64,000 bases of DNA, taken from assembly GCA_032123655.1 (NCBI GenBank), contig JAQBEY010000120.1, forward strand, positions 2-64,001, in the 5' to 3' direction. The notes under the pieces are model-generated. The model was given only the letters and a program-made list of their open reading frames with translations. It ran no database searches and was not told the origin of the DNA. A program made the translations under genes and the position numbers. Of this stretch, positions 9,053 to 20,255 are shown piece by piece. The stretch comes from Betaproteobacteria bacterium (lineage in GTDB: Bacteria > Pseudomonadota > Gammaproteobacteria > Burkholderiales > Casimicrobiaceae). How positions within the stretch are numbered: the first letter of the stretch is position 1; each line of letters starts with the position of its first letter.

Positions 9053-9960
9053 CCTCTGCCATGTTACACGGCTGCGGTATCGGCTTTTACGCGCCGTCGG
9101 GTTTCGCGCTCGATCCCCAGGCAGCCGACCGCGCGGCCGAGCGCCTGCGCGCGCTTGGACATCCAGTGGTCATCGACCCGACCTGTGGCGAGCGCTGGCA
9201 GCGGTTCGCCGCGGCCGACGACGAGCGCCTGGCCGCCGTGCTGCGAATGGCTGGCGACCCGCGCGTTGACCTGGCGATCACGCTGCGCGGCGGCTATGGC
9301 TGGACACGATTGCTGCCGCACCTGGACTTTGGCGCATTGAAGGCCGCGGGCAAGCGCTGGCTGGGTTACAGCGATTTCACGGCGTTTCAACTGGCGGCGT
9401 TGAAGCACGCGGCCATGGTGACGTTCGCGGGGCCCGTCGTCGGCAGCGACTTCGGCGCGCCCGAGCCATCGGCATTCACCATCGAGCATTGTTTCGGCCT
9501 TCTCGGCGCGACGGACTACACCGTCGCCTGCGCGCTTGATGGTCCCGACGTCGAATGCACCGGCATCCTGTGGGGCGGCAACCTCGCCATGGTCGCCCAT
9601 CTTTGTGGAACACCGCATTTTCCGGACATCGAAGGCGGGATACTTTTCGTCGAGGATGTCGGCGAATCGCCATATCGCATCGAGCGGATGCTCTACCAGC
9701 TCCATCATGCGGGCGTACTCGCGCGGCAGCGTGCGGTTCTGCTGGGCCGCTTCACCGAATACGTCCTGTCCGCGAACGATGGCGGCTACGATCTCGACAT
9801 TGCGGTCGCGCAATTGCGCGCGGTCGCTGGCGTGCCGATTTTCACCGGCCTGCCATTCGGCCACGTGCCGGACAAGCTGACGCTGCCGGTGGGTGGCCGT
9901 TGCGCGCTCTCCGTGCGCGGTGGCGCCGCGAGGCTGGCTTTTTCCGACTATGGCGGCTGA
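9049..9960 (+). CDS. ldcA: LD-carboxypeptidase (muramoyltetrapeptide carboxypeptidase family)
   Basis: Peptidase S66 pattern: ...LRGGYGWTRLL..., catalytic-Ser context GYSDFTAF, and FVEDVGESPYRIERML. The start is GTG 9049 or ATG 9061. Confidence 0.8.
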   Translation: MTSAMLHGCGIGFYAPSGFALDPQAADRAAERLRALGHPVVIDPTCGERWQRFAAADDERLAAVLRMAGDPRVDLAITLRGGYGWTRLLPHLDFGALKAAGKRWLGYSDFTAFQLAALKHAAMVTFAGPVVGSDFGAPEPSAFTIEHCFGLLGATDYTVACALDGPDVECTGILWGGNLAMVAHLCGTPHFPDIEGGILFVEDVGESPYRIERMLYQLHHAGVLARQRAVLLGRFTEYVLSANDGGYDLDIAVAQLRAVAGVPIFTGLPFGHVPDKLTLPVGGRCALSVRGGAARLAFSDYGG

Positions 9961-10393
9961 CCTGGCTCCGGCGTACCGCGTGCGCGCCGCAGTCTGGCCG
10001 GGCGATGCGGCGCCTCTGCGCACCGTGCGCACGATGGTGTTTGTCGTCGAGCAGCGCGTTCCCGAGGATCTGGAGTGGGACGGTATCGACCCCGAGTGCG
10101 AGCACGCGATCGCCGACGATGCGTCGGGAACGCCGATCGGCTGCGGTCGCCTGCTGCCGGATGGCCACATCGGGCGAATGGCGGTGCTGGCGCCGTGGCG
10201 CGGGCGCGGTGTCGGGGCGGCGCTGTTGGTCCACCTGGTCGAGCGCGCGCGGTTGCGCGGCGACGCTCGCGTCCTGCTCAATGCGCAGACGCATGCGATG
10301 CCCTTCTACGCGCGCCACGGCTTTGCGCCCTTCGGTGAGCCGTTCGAGGAAGCGGGCATTCCCCATCACTCCATGGCACGCCTGCTGCGCTGA
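9950..10393 (+). CDS. GNAT-family N-acetyltransferase
   Basis: Acetyl-CoA binding motif RMAVLAPWRGRGVGAALL and the C-terminal FYARHGF motif. The start overlaps the ldcA end. Confidence 0.75.
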   Translation: MAADLAPAYRVRAAVWPGDAAPLRTVRTMVFVVEQRVPEDLEWDGIDPECEHAIADDASGTPIGCGRLLPDGHIGRMAVLAPWRGRGVGAALLVHLVERARLRGDARVLLNAQTHAMPFYARHGFAPFGEPFEEAGIPHHSMARLLR

Positions 10394-11161
10394 TCAGCGC
10401 AGGTCGAACGTTTCGACGACCTCACCGAGCGCGGTTCCATCGGCGGCGAACGATCGCTCGCAAAAACTGGCGCGGCCGTTGCGGTCGATCGTCAGCACGG
10501 TCGAACAGCGGGTGCCGTAATTTTCGCCGACGATGAAAGGTGCCGAGAGCACTCGTTCCCACTCGATCGGCACCCCGGTCGTCGGCAACACGGCGTCCGC
10601 GGCCTCACGGCGATCGGCGAGGGCGGCGAAAAGTGGCGTCGTACTGTCGCCGCCGGCATCGGTCCAGCGCGCCAGCGCGTCCAGCGTGCGGGCGAGCTTG
10701 GGCCAGGGCGTGTCCAGCGCCGCGTTGGAAACGCCGTGCAGCCCGGCAGGCAGCAATGCGCTCGGGTCGGCGCGATTCGACGCGTACCCGGCGCGGGCAA
10801 CGACACCGGCGAGCAGGTTGAAGCCGTTGTAATCCATTCGGTCCCGGTCGAGCGAGGCCATCGCGACCTCCGGGTCGGATGCATTGAGCATTCGCGGCAC
10901 CAGTTCGCCGCGCGTGCGTGCGTCCGGCAACTGGCGGCGCCCATCGCGAACATTGGTGACCAGTGCCCAGCGGCCGTCACGCTGAATTCCGAACCAGGTG
11001 CCGCCCGCGGACAGGTCGCGTCCGGCGAGGATGTCGGTGAAGGGCGCAGCGTGTCCCCATGCAGCGGGTGACGCGGGTCGCGCATGGAATTCATCGCGAT
11101 TCGCCGCGATCACCAGGCGAAAGAGCGGGTGCGCATCCAGGGCAATGACGGCGAGACACAT
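10394..11161 (-). CDS. NRDE-family protein (DUF833/TANGO2-like)
   Basis: N-terminus MCLAVIAL...VIAANRDEF contains the family-defining NRDE motif. Confidence 0.75.
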   Translation of the reverse strand: MCLAVIALDAHPLFRLVIAANRDEFHARPASPAAWGHAAPFTDILAGRDLSAGGTWFGIQRDGRWALVTNVRDGRRQLPDARTRGELVPRMLNASDPEVAMASLDRDRMDYNGFNLLAGVVARAGYASNRADPSALLPAGLHGVSNAALDTPWPKLARTLDALARWTDAGGDSTTPLFAALADRREAADAVLPTTGVPIEWERVLSAPFIVGENYGTRCSTVLTIDRNGRASFCERSFAADGTALGEVVETFDLR

Positions 11162-11182
11162 GGTGGCCGGCGGCCTGGTGCG

Positions 11183-11473
11183 TCAGTAATGGGCGATGAA
11201 CGGCTCGAGGTGTCGTGCGCCGTTTTCGGCCCAGGCACCGGCGCCATGCTCTTCTACCCCGGCTGCGAGCACGCGTTCGAACAATGCGGTATCCACGACA
11301 TGTTCGTAGACCTCCATCCAGACGCGCGGATCGTCCAGACGCACCAGCACCCGGCCCTGCACGCCCGCGTGCCGGAAGACGTCGCCAAGCAGCGCGTCGA
11401 TGGCAGCGCGCGCCGCGCCCGGCTCGCCTTTGACGCGATACCAGATGTAGTAGTGGGTGGGATTGCCGCTCAA
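11183..11473 (-). CDS. DUF4936-family small protein
   Basis: ...HYYIWYRVKG...AAIDALL...LVRLDDPRVWMEVYE is typical of DUF4936. The proposed TTG start at 11473 overlaps the ygfZ stop (TTGA). Both the start and the family assignment are tentative. Confidence 0.5.
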   Translation of the reverse strand: MSGNPTHYYIWYRVKGEPGAARAAIDALLGDVFRHAGVQGRVLVRLDDPRVWMEVYEHVVDTALFERVLAAGVEEHGAGAWAENGARHLEPFIAHY

Positions 11474-12471
11474 ATGAGCTTGGGACGGTTGGGGACGGCG
11501 GGCGCGGGGATCGCGTAAGGCAATTCGCCGCGGGTCAGCGCCGGGCCATCGGGGGTTCCAAGATGCAACTCCGGACCGTCGAGCGCCGCCAATTGCACGA
11601 CCGCGAGCAGATCGCTTCCACCGGCAGGGATGGCGACGGCTTCCACGACGGTGCCGCAGACCTGTCCGGCGAAGGCGTCGCCGTAGAGTGCTGTGCCGGG
11701 CACCGGAGGGGGTGCGGCGACGCTGAAGCGCTGCAACCGCTCCTTCAACCGTCCAAGATATTGCATGCGGGCGACGATTTCCTGTCCCGGATAGCAACCT
11801 TTCTGAAAGTTGACGCCGCCGACAAGATCCCAGTTGGCCTGCTGTGGCACGAACGCATCTTGCGTGGCCAGTGTGACGCGCGCGATTCCGGCCGCGATGC
11901 CGAGCGCGTGCCAGCGCTCGCCGGGAACGCCCGGCGCCGCGGCGGCAAGTGCGGTGCGCACCTCGGCAATCGTCGAGGCGGGTGCGCAGACCAGCAAGCG
12001 TCCGTCAGGAAGCCCGACGATGCTCGATCCGGCGGTGGACAGCGCCTGGCCCGGAGCGGGCGCGACGCCGAAGGCCGCGGCAACCGCGGCGCGTGCTTCC
12101 GCGCCGCCAACGCCGATTCGCCCGCCGGCCGACGAAAGGTCGGCAACCCTGACCTTGGCGCGCAGCACGAACATCGCCAGGCGCCTGGCCAGCGATGCGG
12201 CGAGATCCGCCGAGACCGTGGCGCGAAACGCGTCGTCGCCTTCCCGCCAGAGCAGCAGCGTCCCGAGCATCCGCCCCTTCGGCGAGTTGTAACTCGACCA
12301 ATGTGCGCCGCCATTGCGCAGCACCTTGACGTCGCTCGAGAGCTGGCCATGCAGGAAGGCCTCGGCGTCCGGGCCGTCGAATGCCAGCAAGCCCATGTCG
12401 GGAAGGTCGGCAACGAAGGCGGCCGGGACCGCCGGTGCGTCGGGGAGGGGAGGGTGAGTGGCGATGGTCAT
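11470..12471 (-). CDS. ygfZ: Folate-binding Fe-S cluster repair/tRNA modification protein YgfZ
   Basis: Aminomethyltransferase-like fold with the conserved KGCYPGQE motif (FQKGCYPGQEIVARMQYLGRLK). Confidence 0.8.
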   Translation of the reverse strand: MTIATHPPLPDAPAVPAAFVADLPDMGLLAFDGPDAEAFLHGQLSSDVKVLRNGGAHWSSYNSPKGRMLGTLLLWREGDDAFRATVSADLAASLARRLAMFVLRAKVRVADLSSAGGRIGVGGAEARAAVAAAFGVAPAPGQALSTAGSSIVGLPDGRLLVCAPASTIAEVRTALAAAAPGVPGERWHALGIAAGIARVTLATQDAFVPQQANWDLVGGVNFQKGCYPGQEIVARMQYLGRLKERLQRFSVAAPPPVPGTALYGDAFAGQVCGTVVEAVAIPAGGSDLLAVVQLAALDGPELHLGTPDGPALTRGELPYAIPAPAVPNRPKLI

Positions 12472-12520
12472 GGGCCAACGGTAACAGGGCGGGCTCGACT
12501 GGCAGGGAAGCAGGAAAACG

Positions 12521-12720
12521 TGCTAGAATAACCAGTTATCTCGATCACTCCTGTCCAGGATTCGCCCGGGCGAGGGGAACAAACGCCGTGGCCGCAAACA
12601 TCCGGATCGTTGGCGCCGGTCGGGAAATCCGCACACCGCGCGGTCTTCGGGTTGTCCTGTCCCTCGCTGGGACGGGATCACATCCGCCGGTGGAGGTCAA
12701 ACCCTGAAGGGAGTTTAGGA
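12521..12720 (+). promoter_or_regulatory. Putative rpsB promoter (extended -10 tgctagaat) and about 190-nt structured leader
   Basis: TGnTAGAAT at 12521-12529. The long GC-rich leader has hairpin potential (for example cctgtccc-tcgct-gggacggg) before a GGAG Shine-Dalgarno sequence and the rpsB ATG. Confidence 0.3.
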
Positions 12721-13464
12721 ATGTCCGTCACGATGCGTCAAATGCTGGAAGCGGGGGTGCACTTCGGCCACCAGACCCGTTATTGGAATCCGAAGATGGC
12801 TGAATACATCTTCGGTCATCGCAACAAGATTCACATCGTCAACCTCGAGAAGACGATGCAGCTGTACCAGGATGCCATGAAGTACGTGCGGCAACTGGCC
12901 AGCAACCGCGGCACGGTGCTCTTCGTGGGCACCAAGCGCCAGGCCCGGGAAATCGTCGCCGAAGAGGCCAAGCGCGCGGGCATGCCCTACGTGGACCACC
13001 GCTGGCTCGGCGGCATGCTCACCAATTTCAAGACCGTGAAGGTGTCGATCAAGCGGCTCAAGGACCTGGAGCAGATGGTCACCGACGGCACGATGGAACG
13101 GATGAGCAAACGCGAGGCGCTGTCGCATTCGCGCGAGATGGAAAAGTTGATGAAGAGCCTCGGCGGCATCAAGGAAATGAATGCGTTGCCGGACGCGATG
13201 TTCGTCGTTGACGTTGGCTACCACAAGATCGCGGTCACCGAAGCCAAGAAGCTCGGCGTTCCGATCATCGGCGTCGTCGACACCAACCATTCGCCGGACG
13301 GCATCGCCTATGTGATCCCCGGCAATGACGACTCGAGCCGGGCGATCCGTCTGTACGCGCGAGGCGTGGCCGATTCGATTCTCGAGGGCAGGAGCACGGT
13401 GATTCAGGAAATCGTGCAATCGGGCGATGAATTCGTCGAAGTAAAGGAGGAGGCCTCGGCGTAA
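12721..13464 (+). CDS. rpsB: 30S ribosomal protein S2
   Basis: [26 protein letters not shown]... is an unmistakable S2 N-terminus. Confidence 0.95.
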   Translation: MSVTMRQMLEAGVHFGHQTRYWNPKMAEYIFGHRNKIHIVNLEKTMQLYQDAMKYVRQLASNRGTVLFVGTKRQAREIVAEEAKRAGMPYVDHRWLGGMLTNFKTVKVSIKRLKDLEQMVTDGTMERMSKREALSHSREMEKLMKSLGGIKEMNALPDAMFVVDVGYHKIAVTEAKKLGVPIIGVVDTNHSPDGIAYVIPGNDDSSRAIRLYARGVADSILEGRSTVIQEIVQSGDEFVEVKEEASA

Positions 13465-13613
13465 GCCGGCCTTCCGCAATTGGGGAGGCCGTCGCCGGCC
13501 TTCCGCGCCATGCCCGCGAGATTCTCGCGGCACGGTCCCCGGGTGGAACGTCTGCCCCGGTACTGCGCAGGGAGCGCATGGCGTCAACGAACAACGGACA
13601 CGGAGCAACCAAT

Positions 13614-14510
13614 ATGGCGGATATCGCCGCAAGCATGGTGATGGAATTGCGCCAGCGTACCGGGCTGGGCATGATGGAATGCAAGAAGGCGCTGATCGAG
13701 TCGGATGGTGATCTCGTCAAGGCCGAAGAACTGCTGCGCATCAAGAGCGGCGCGAAGGCTTCCAAGGCCGCAGGTCGCGTTGCGGCGGACGGCATCGTTG
13801 GCGCGTATCTCGCGGCGGATGCGAAGTCTGGCGCGATGGTCGAGGTCAACTGCGAGACTGACTTTGTCTCGCGCAACGAGGACTTCATCGGCTATGCGCG
13901 CAAGCTCGCGCAGCTGGTCGCCGAAAAAAATCCGGCGGACGTGGCGGCGCTCGGCGCCCTGCCGCTGGACGGCGGCACGGTTGAGTCGGTTCGCCAGGCG
14001 CTGGTCCAGAAGATCGGCGAGAACATGTCGATCCGTCGGTTCACGCGCTTCACGACCGCAGGCAGCCTTGCGCAGTATCTGCATGGTGGGGGCCGCATCG
14101 GCGTGACCGTGGAGTTCGAGGGCGGCAACGAGCAAGTGGGCCGTGACATCGCGATGCACGTCGCAGCAGGCGCGGCGCCGGGCGCCGTGCGACCGGTGTG
14201 CGTGTCGCGCGCCGAAGTCACCGCCGATCTGATCGAGCGTGAGCGCGTGATCTACACCGCCCAGGCCGCCGAGACCGGCAAGCCTGCCGATATCGTGGCC
14301 AAGATGGTCGACGGTCGCATCAACAAGTACCTGGCCGAGGTGACGTTGCTCGGCCAACCGTTCGTCAAGAATCCGGACGAGACCGTCGAGAAATACCTGA
14401 AGGGGCATGGTGCGAGCGTGAAATCGTTCGTGCTCTACGTCGTCGGAGACGGCATCGAAAAGAAGAAAGACGATTTCGTCGCTGAAGTCGCGGCGATGGC
14501 GAAAGCCTAG
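13614..14510 (+). CDS. tsf: Translation elongation factor Ts
   Basis: [27 protein letters not shown], directly downstream of rpsB. Confidence 0.95.
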   Translation: MADIAASMVMELRQRTGLGMMECKKALIESDGDLVKAEELLRIKSGAKASKAAGRVAADGIVGAYLAADAKSGAMVEVNCETDFVSRNEDFIGYARKLAQLVAEKNPADVAALGALPLDGGTVESVRQALVQKIGENMSIRRFTRFTTAGSLAQYLHGGGRIGVTVEFEGGNEQVGRDIAMHVAAGAAPGAVRPVCVSRAEVTADLIERERVIYTAQAAETGKPADIVAKMVDGRINKYLAEVTLLGQPFVKNPDETVEKYLKGHGASVKSFVLYVVGDGIEKKKDDFVAEVAAMAKA

Positions 14511-14614
14511 GTCGGCCGGCAAGTGCGCGCGGGAAGCCCCTCCGGCTTTCGGTGCGCAAGGCAGTTCCTTTCGTTTCGAGCAGTGCCGGCAATCCGGCCA
14601 CCACGAGGATTCGC

Positions 14615-15400
14615 ATGAATTCGCCCACCGCTGCCTCCCCTGCACAGTTCTCGACCGTTGCGCCGGTGCCCGCGGTGTCGCCTGCGGGAGGGCCTGCCTA
14701 CAAGCGCATACTTCTCAAGCTCTCGGGCGAGGCGCTGATGGGCGATGATGCCTACGGCATCGAACGCGAGACGATCGACCGAATCGTGGCCGAGATTGCC
14801 GACGTTCTGCGTTCGGGAGTGCAGATTGCGATCGTCATCGGCGGCGGCAACATTTTCCGGGGCGTGGCGCCGGGCGCGGCAGGGATGGATCGGGCTACGG
14901 CCGACTACATGGGCATGCTGGCCACGCTGATGAACGCGCTGGCCCTGCAGGACGCGTTGCGTCGTGCCGATGTGGTTTCGCGTGTCCAGTCGGCGCTGCG
15001 GATCGACCAGGTGGCGGAACCTTACATCCGCGGCCGCGCGCTGCGCCACCTCGAGGAAGGCAAGGTTGTGATTTTTGCGGCCGGCACCGGCAATCCGTTT
15101 TTCACGACCGATACCGCTGCCGCACTTCGCGGCCGCGAAATGGGTGTGGACATCGTGCTCAAGGCGACCAAGGTCGACGGGGTGTACACCGCCGATCCAA
15201 TGAAGGACCCCGCTGCGCGCCGTTACATGTCCCTGACCTTCGATGAGGCCATTGTCAGGAACCTGAAGGTGATGGACGCCACGGCGCTCGCGCTGTGTCG
15301 CGACCAGAATATGCTGCTCAAGGTGTTCTCGATCTTCGTCCCTGGCGCGTTGAAGCGCGTCGTGATGGGTGGTGACGAGGGCACACTTGTGCATTGCTGA
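14615..15400 (+). CDS. pyrH: UMP kinase
   Basis: [15 protein letters not shown]...[11 protein letters not shown] is the PyrH signature. ATG 14615 is chosen over the longer tracked ORF. Confidence 0.9.
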   Translation: MNSPTAASPAQFSTVAPVPAVSPAGGPAYKRILLKLSGEALMGDDAYGIERETIDRIVAEIADVLRSGVQIAIVIGGGNIFRGVAPGAAGMDRATADYMGMLATLMNALALQDALRRADVVSRVQSALRIDQVAEPYIRGRALRHLEEGKVVIFAAGTGNPFFTTDTAAALRGREMGVDIVLKATKVDGVYTADPMKDPAARRYMSLTFDEAIVRNLKVMDATALALCRDQNMLLKVFSIFVPGALKRVVMGGDEGTLVHC

Positions 15401-15433
15401 AACGCCGTACCTCGCGCCAAAGGAGGCAAGGGA

Positions 15434-15991
15434 ATGATCAGCGAAATAAAGACTACCGCGGAAACCAAGATGGCAAAGTCGGTCGAGGCACTCAAGACCG
15501 ATTTGTCGAAGGTGCGTACGGGCCGCGCGCACACGGGCCTGCTCGACCATATCCACGTCGACTACTACGGTTCGATGATGCCGCTCTCGCAGATCGCCGG
15601 CGTGACGCTCGCCGACGCGCGGACGATAACCGTGCAGCCTTGGGAAAAGAAGATGATTCCGGTCGTGGAACGCGCCATTCGCGATTCGGACCTGGGCCTC
15701 AATCCGGCGACCAGCGGCGACGTCATCCGCATACCGATGCCCGCGCTCACCGAGGAACGCCGCCGTGAATTGACCAAGGTGGTCCACAAGGAGGCCGAAG
15801 CGGCGCGCGTCGCGGTACGCAACATCCGGCGCGATGCCAACGAACACCTGAAAAAGGCGCTCAAGGACAAGGAGTGCTCGGAGGACGACGAGCATCACGC
15901 GCAGCAGGACATCCAGAAGCTTACCGACCGCTTTATCGCCGAGATCGAACGCGTCATGCAGGCGAAGGAAGTGGATTTGATGGCGATCTGA
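15434..15991 (+). CDS. frr: Ribosome recycling factor
   Basis: 185 aa; ...[20 protein letters not shown]...; AGGAGG Shine-Dalgarno sequence at 15421. Confidence 0.95.
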   Translation: MISEIKTTAETKMAKSVEALKTDLSKVRTGRAHTGLLDHIHVDYYGSMMPLSQIAGVTLADARTITVQPWEKKMIPVVERAIRDSDLGLNPATSGDVIRIPMPALTEERRRELTKVVHKEAEAARVAVRNIRRDANEHLKKALKDKECSEDDEHHAQQDIQKLTDRFIAEIERVMQAKEVDLMAI

Positions 15992-16085
15992 AGCGCCAAA
16001 GCGTCGGACAATCGCTGCGCGCCCTCGCGGCGCCGCGAGTCGCGCCTTCGGGTGCCGTATTGTCCGCCTGCCCGGCAAAGACCCT

Positions 16086-16847
16086 ATGTTCGAAAGTTCA
16101 ACCCGCGACATTCCGCAGGTGCGCGACGTGCCTCGCCACATTGCGATCATCATGGACGGCAACGGCCGCTGGGCCAGGCAGCGGCTGTTGCCGCGCGTGG
16201 CCGGGCATCGCAGGGGGGTCGAGGTCGTGCGCGCGACGGTGCGTGCGGCGATCGAGCGTGGCGTCGAGTACCTGACATTGTTCGCATTTTCGAGCGAGAA
16301 CTGGCGGCGGCCCGAGGAGGAGGTTTCGATTCTGATGGAACTTTTTGTGCGCGCGCTGGAGCAGGAGGTGGCCAAGCTGCACGAAAATGGCATCCGTTTC
16401 AAGGTCATTGGTGACCTGGAACGCTTCAATCCGTCGATTCGCGAACTGATCGCCGCCGGAGAAGCGCTTACGCAGCACAACACCCGGCTCACGCTGACCA
16501 TCGCCGCCAACTACGGTGGGCGCCGCGACATCGCGCAGGCGGCACAGCGCTATTTTGCCGACCATCCGGCGGCAGCCACGGGTGAACCGATTGCGCCAGA
16601 GGCGTTCGAACCCTATCTGGCCATGAGTTATGCGCCGGAACCCGATTTGTTCATTCGTACGGGCGGTGAGCAGCGCGTCTCCAACTTTCTTCTGTGGCAG
16701 CTGGCCTACACCGAGTTCCACTTCACCGACCTGCTGTGGCCGGATTTCGATTCGGCCGCGCTCGACGCAGCGATTGTTTCGTATCAGGGCCGCGAGCGGC
16801 GCTTCGGTCGAATCAGCGAGCAGTTGCGTTCGGCCAAGGGCGCCTAG
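16086..16847 (+). CDS. uppS: Isoprenyl transferase (undecaprenyl diphosphate synthase)
   Basis: [13 protein letters not shown]...SSENWRRP...[15 protein letters not shown] are cis-prenyltransferase motifs. Confidence 0.9.
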   Translation: MFESSTRDIPQVRDVPRHIAIIMDGNGRWARQRLLPRVAGHRRGVEVVRATVRAAIERGVEYLTLFAFSSENWRRPEEEVSILMELFVRALEQEVAKLHENGIRFKVIGDLERFNPSIRELIAAGEALTQHNTRLTLTIAANYGGRRDIAQAAQRYFADHPAAATGEPIAPEAFEPYLAMSYAPEPDLFIRTGGEQRVSNFLLWQLAYTEFHFTDLLWPDFDSAALDAAIVSYQGRERRFGRISEQLRSAKGA

Positions 16848-17695
16848 TGCTGAAGACCCGCATCCTGACGGCGGCCGTTCTGGTGCCGTTGGTGCTCGCG
16901 GCGTTGTTCCTGCTACCGACGCCGGGATTCGCGCTGGCTGCACTGGTGGCGATCGTGGTGGGCGGCTACGAGTGGGCGCGTCTGGTCGGCCTTGCGCCCG
17001 TCGGTGCCTGCGTCTACGCATCGCTGCTTGGCGGAGGCGGCGTTGCCCTGCTGCAGGTGGCGGGCAATGGATTGATTCACGGTTGGCCGGACGCAATCCT
17101 GTACCCGGTTTGCGGTGCCGCTGCAGTGTTCTGGCTGCTCGGGGCGCCGCTTTGGCTGCGCGGACGCTGGCCGACGCAGCTGCCTGCACCCATGCTCGCA
17201 CTGGGCATGCTCGTGCTGGTCGCCGCATGGGCCGCGCTGGTCGAATTGCAGGCGCACTCCGCCTGGATCGCGCTGGCGGCGATGGCCGTCGTGTGGATTG
17301 CCGATACCGCGGCCTATTTCACCGGACGCGCGTTCGGGCGACGCAAGCTGGCCCCGGCGATCAGTCCCGGAAAATCCTGGGAAGGCGTTTACGGTGGCTG
17401 GGCCGCGGTCGCGACCTATGCGCTGCTGTTGATGACTTTCGGCGACTCGGCGGGCGCGCGCGGCGGCGGCCTCCCGGCGGTGGCAGCCTGGGTTGCCTTC
17501 GCGCTGCTGATCGCGACGGTTTCGGTGGTCGGCGACTTGTTCGAATCCCTGCTGAAACGTCAGGCGGGCGTCAAGGACAGCGGCAGGATCCTGCCGGGTC
17601 ATGGCGGCGTTCTCGACCGCATCGATGCGCTGCTCCCGGCGTTGCCGCTGGCGGCGCTGGCGGCGCATGCCACGCTGACGGGTGCGGGCGCATGA
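16847..17695 (+). CDS. cdsA: Phosphatidate cytidylyltransferase
   Basis: Multi-TM protein with the CTP-transferase signature [27 protein letters not shown]. The GTG start overlaps the uppS stop. Confidence 0.85.
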   Translation: MLKTRILTAAVLVPLVLAALFLLPTPGFALAALVAIVVGGYEWARLVGLAPVGACVYASLLGGGGVALLQVAGNGLIHGWPDAILYPVCGAAAVFWLLGAPLWLRGRWPTQLPAPMLALGMLVLVAAWAALVELQAHSAWIALAAMAVVWIADTAAYFTGRAFGRRKLAPAISPGKSWEGVYGGWAAVATYALLLMTFGDSAGARGGGLPAVAAWVAFALLIATVSVVGDLFESLLKRQAGVKDSGRILPGHGGVLDRIDALLPALPLAALAAHATLTGAGA

Positions 17696-18894
17696 AACGC
17701 GCGTTGACCTTGCTGGGAGCCACAGGCTCGATCGGATCTTCGACTCTCGATCTCGTCGCGCAACATCCGGACCGGTTTTCCGTCGTTGCGCTGGCGGCGC
17801 GGTCGAACGTCGCCAAGATGGCGACCTTGTGTCGACAATTCCGGCCGGCACATGCTGCGTTGGCCGACCCGGAGGCCGCGTTGGTCCTGCGACAGGAGCT
17901 GAAGGGCGCCGGCCTGTCGACGCAGGTGCATGGCGGGTCCGCGGCGCTGGCCGAGTTGGCGACGCTTCCCGAGGTCGACACCGTGCTGGCCGCGATCGTC
18001 GGCGCGGCCGGGCTGCCCTCGACGCTTGCCGCCGCACGCGCCGGCAAGCGCATCCTGCTCGCCAACAAGGAGGCGCTGGTCGTCGGTGGCGCCCTGTTCA
18101 TGGACGTCGTGCGCGACTCGGGAGCGACGGTGTTGCCGATCGACAGCGAGCACAACGCCATTTTTCAATGTTTGCCACACGGCTACTCGGGTGAGCCGGC
18201 GGGCGCCGGCGTGCGGCGAATCCTGCTGACGGCGTCCGGTGGACCGTTTCGGACCCGGCCGCTCGGTGAACTGGACCAGGTGACCGCAGACGAGGCCTGC
18301 GCCCATCCCAACTGGTCGATGGGCCGCAAGATTTCCGTCGATTCGGCCACGATGATGAACAAGGGCCTCGAGGTGATCGAGGCGCATTATCTGTTCGGCC
18401 TCGACCGCAAGTCGATCGAGGTCGTGATCCATCCGCAAAGCGTGATCCATTCGCTGGTCGAGTACGTCGACGGCTCGGTGCTGGCCCAGCTCGGGAACCC
18501 GGACATGCGCACACCGATCGCGCAGGCGCTGGCATTCCCCGAGCGCATCGAGTCCGGCGTGTCGATGCTCGACCTGACTCGGCTGCCCGCGCTGCAATTC
18601 GAATTGCCCGACCTGGTGCGCTTTCCCTGCCTGCGCCTGGCCTACGAAGCGCTCGCGGCCGGCGGTACCGCGCCGGCAATTCTCAATGCGGCCAACGAGG
18701 TCGCGGTTGCAGCGTTTCTGTCGGGTACCATCCGATTCACGGACATCGCTCCGGCCTGCGCCGCGACGCTGGAACAGGTGGCGGGCGGGGTGGTCGCGAG
18801 CATCGGCGATGCGTTGGCTGCCGACGCAGAAGCGCGCGAGGCGACGATCGCGTGGCTGGCGGCGCGTCCGCCGTGGCGGAGAATGACGGCATGA
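17692..18894 (+). CDS. dxr: 1-deoxy-D-xylulose 5-phosphate reductoisomerase
   Basis: [22 protein letters not shown]...LANKEALV...[13 protein letters not shown]. The ATG overlaps the cdsA stop (ATGA). Confidence 0.9.
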   Translation: MKRALTLLGATGSIGSSTLDLVAQHPDRFSVVALAARSNVAKMATLCRQFRPAHAALADPEAALVLRQELKGAGLSTQVHGGSAALAELATLPEVDTVLAAIVGAAGLPSTLAAARAGKRILLANKEALVVGGALFMDVVRDSGATVLPIDSEHNAIFQCLPHGYSGEPAGAGVRRILLTASGGPFRTRPLGELDQVTADEACAHPNWSMGRKISVDSATMMNKGLEVIEAHYLFGLDRKSIEVVIHPQSVIHSLVEYVDGSVLAQLGNPDMRTPIAQALAFPERIESGVSMLDLTRLPALQFELPDLVRFPCLRLAYEALAAGGTAPAILNAANEVAVAAFLSGTIRFTDIAPACAATLEQVAGGVVASIGDALAADAEAREATIAWLAARPPWRRMTA

Positions 18895-20255
18895 TCGAAG
18901 TCGGCTACAAAGCCCTGGCATTTCTGGTGACGCTCGGCGTGCTGGTCGTATTCCACGAGCTCGGCCACTATCTGGTCGCGCGCTGGTGCGGTGTCAAGGT
19001 CCTGCGGTTCTCGGTCGGCTTCGGACGCGTGGTGGCTTCATGGCGCCTGGGTCCGGACCAAACCGAGTGGGCATTGTCGGCCATTCCGCTTGGCGGTTAC
19101 GTCAAGATGGCCGACGAGCGCGAAGGCGACGTCGAGCCCGCGGATCGTGCCCGTGCCTTCAACCGGCAGAACGTCTGGAAACGCATCGCCATCGTTGCCG
19201 CGGGACCTGCCGCGAACCTGCTGCTGGCGGTCTTGCTGTTCGCGGCCACGTTCATGGCGGGCATCCCGGGTCACCGTCCGCTCCTCGCCGAGCCTGGCGC
19301 GGGCACCGCGGCGGCGGCTGCCGGTTTGCGCGCCGGCGATGTCGTCGTGGCGCTGGACGATGAAGCGGTGAGGAGCTGGCAGGATTTGCGCTGGCGGCTC
19401 ACCAAGGCGCAGGGTCGCGAGGCGGTGACGCTGGCCGTTGAGCCCGCGGGTCCCCGCGCCGGCGACCCTCCGGTACAGCGGGTTCTGTCCATCGCCGCGA
19501 TGAAGACCGCGGACTGGGAAGGCAACGCTCCCGGCGCGCTGGGACTGCGTACTGATTACGGTGCGCCACTCATTGGCGAAACGGTGGCGGGCAAGCCCGG
19601 GGAACGGGCCGGGCTTCGGGTCAACGACCGCATTGTCGCGATCGACGGTGCGGCCATTTCCTCGCCGGCCGACGTGGCCGCACTGACCAATGCCAATCCT
19701 GCCCGACCGCTGATGTTTCGGGTCGAGCGTGCCGGTCATGCCGAAGAGTTCAGCGTGGTACCCGAAGCGGTGGAGCAGGGCGGACGGGTGATCGGCATTG
19801 CCGGACTTCGCCTCAAGGTCGATCCGGCCGTGGCGCAGCGCCTTGCCGTGGTCGTGCGTTACGGGCCAATCGAGGCATTGGCCCAGGGTGCGCGCAAGAC
19901 CTGGGATCTGTCGGTGTTCACGCTGAAGATGCTCGGGCGCATCGTGACCGGCCAGGCGTCACTCAAGAACATCAGCGGCCCGCTTACCATCGCGGATTTT
20001 GCCGGACAGTCCGCGCAGGCAGGCACGCTGGTCTTCGTCGGCTATCTCGCCTTGATCAGTATCAGCCTTGGCGTGCTTAACCTGCTGCCGGTTCCGCTGT
20101 TGGATGGAGGGCATTTGTTGTATTATTTCGCGGAGATTCTGAAGGGAAGCCCCGTTTCCGACCGTACCTTCGAGGTCGGCCAGCGCATCGGCATGGCGAT
20201 GCTCGCCGTGTTGATGGCCCTAGCACTGTTCAATGACGTTTCCCGACTGTTCTGA
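18891..20255 (+). CDS. rseP: RIP zinc metalloprotease RseP
   Basis: HELGHY zinc motif near the N-terminus, PDZ-like middle region and a C-terminal [12 protein letters not shown] motif. Confidence 0.9.
   Translation: MIEVGYKALAFLVTLGVLVVFHELGHYLVARWCGVKVLRFSVGFGRVVASWRLGPDQTEWALSAIPLGGYVKMADEREGDVEPADRARAFNRQNVWKRIAIVAAGPAANLLLAVLLFAATFMAGIPGHRPLLAEPGAGTAAAAAGLRAGDVVVALDDEAVRSWQDLRWRLTKAQGREAVTLAVEPAGPRAGDPPVQRVLSIAAMKTADWEGNAPGALGLRTDYGAPLIGETVAGKPGERAGLRVNDRIVAIDGAAISSPADVAALTNANPARPLMFRVERAGHAEEFSVVPEAVEQGGRVIGIAGLRLKVDPAVAQRLAVVVRYGPIEALAQGARKTWDLSVFTLKMLGRIVTGQASLKNISGPLTIADFAGQSAQAGTLVFVGYLALISISLGVLNLLPVPLLDGGHLLYYFAEILKGSPVSDRTFEVGQRIGMAMLAVLMALALFNDVSRLF

Noticed and set aside
9064-10281. 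405-aa minus-strand ORF
   Set aside because: It is antisense to the ldcA and GNAT genes and has no family resemblance.
14507-16510. 667-aa minus-strand ORF
   Set aside because: It is antisense to pyrH, frr and uppS, which have unmistakable family sequences. The translation is Arg/Ala/Gly-rich low-complexity sequence typical of spurious ORFs in high-GC DNA.
16630-17691. N-terminal 354 codons of the 754-aa ORF 16630-18894
   Set aside because: Only the part from ATG 17692 matches Dxr. The upstream part overlaps uppS and cdsA out of frame and is Arg/Ala-rich.
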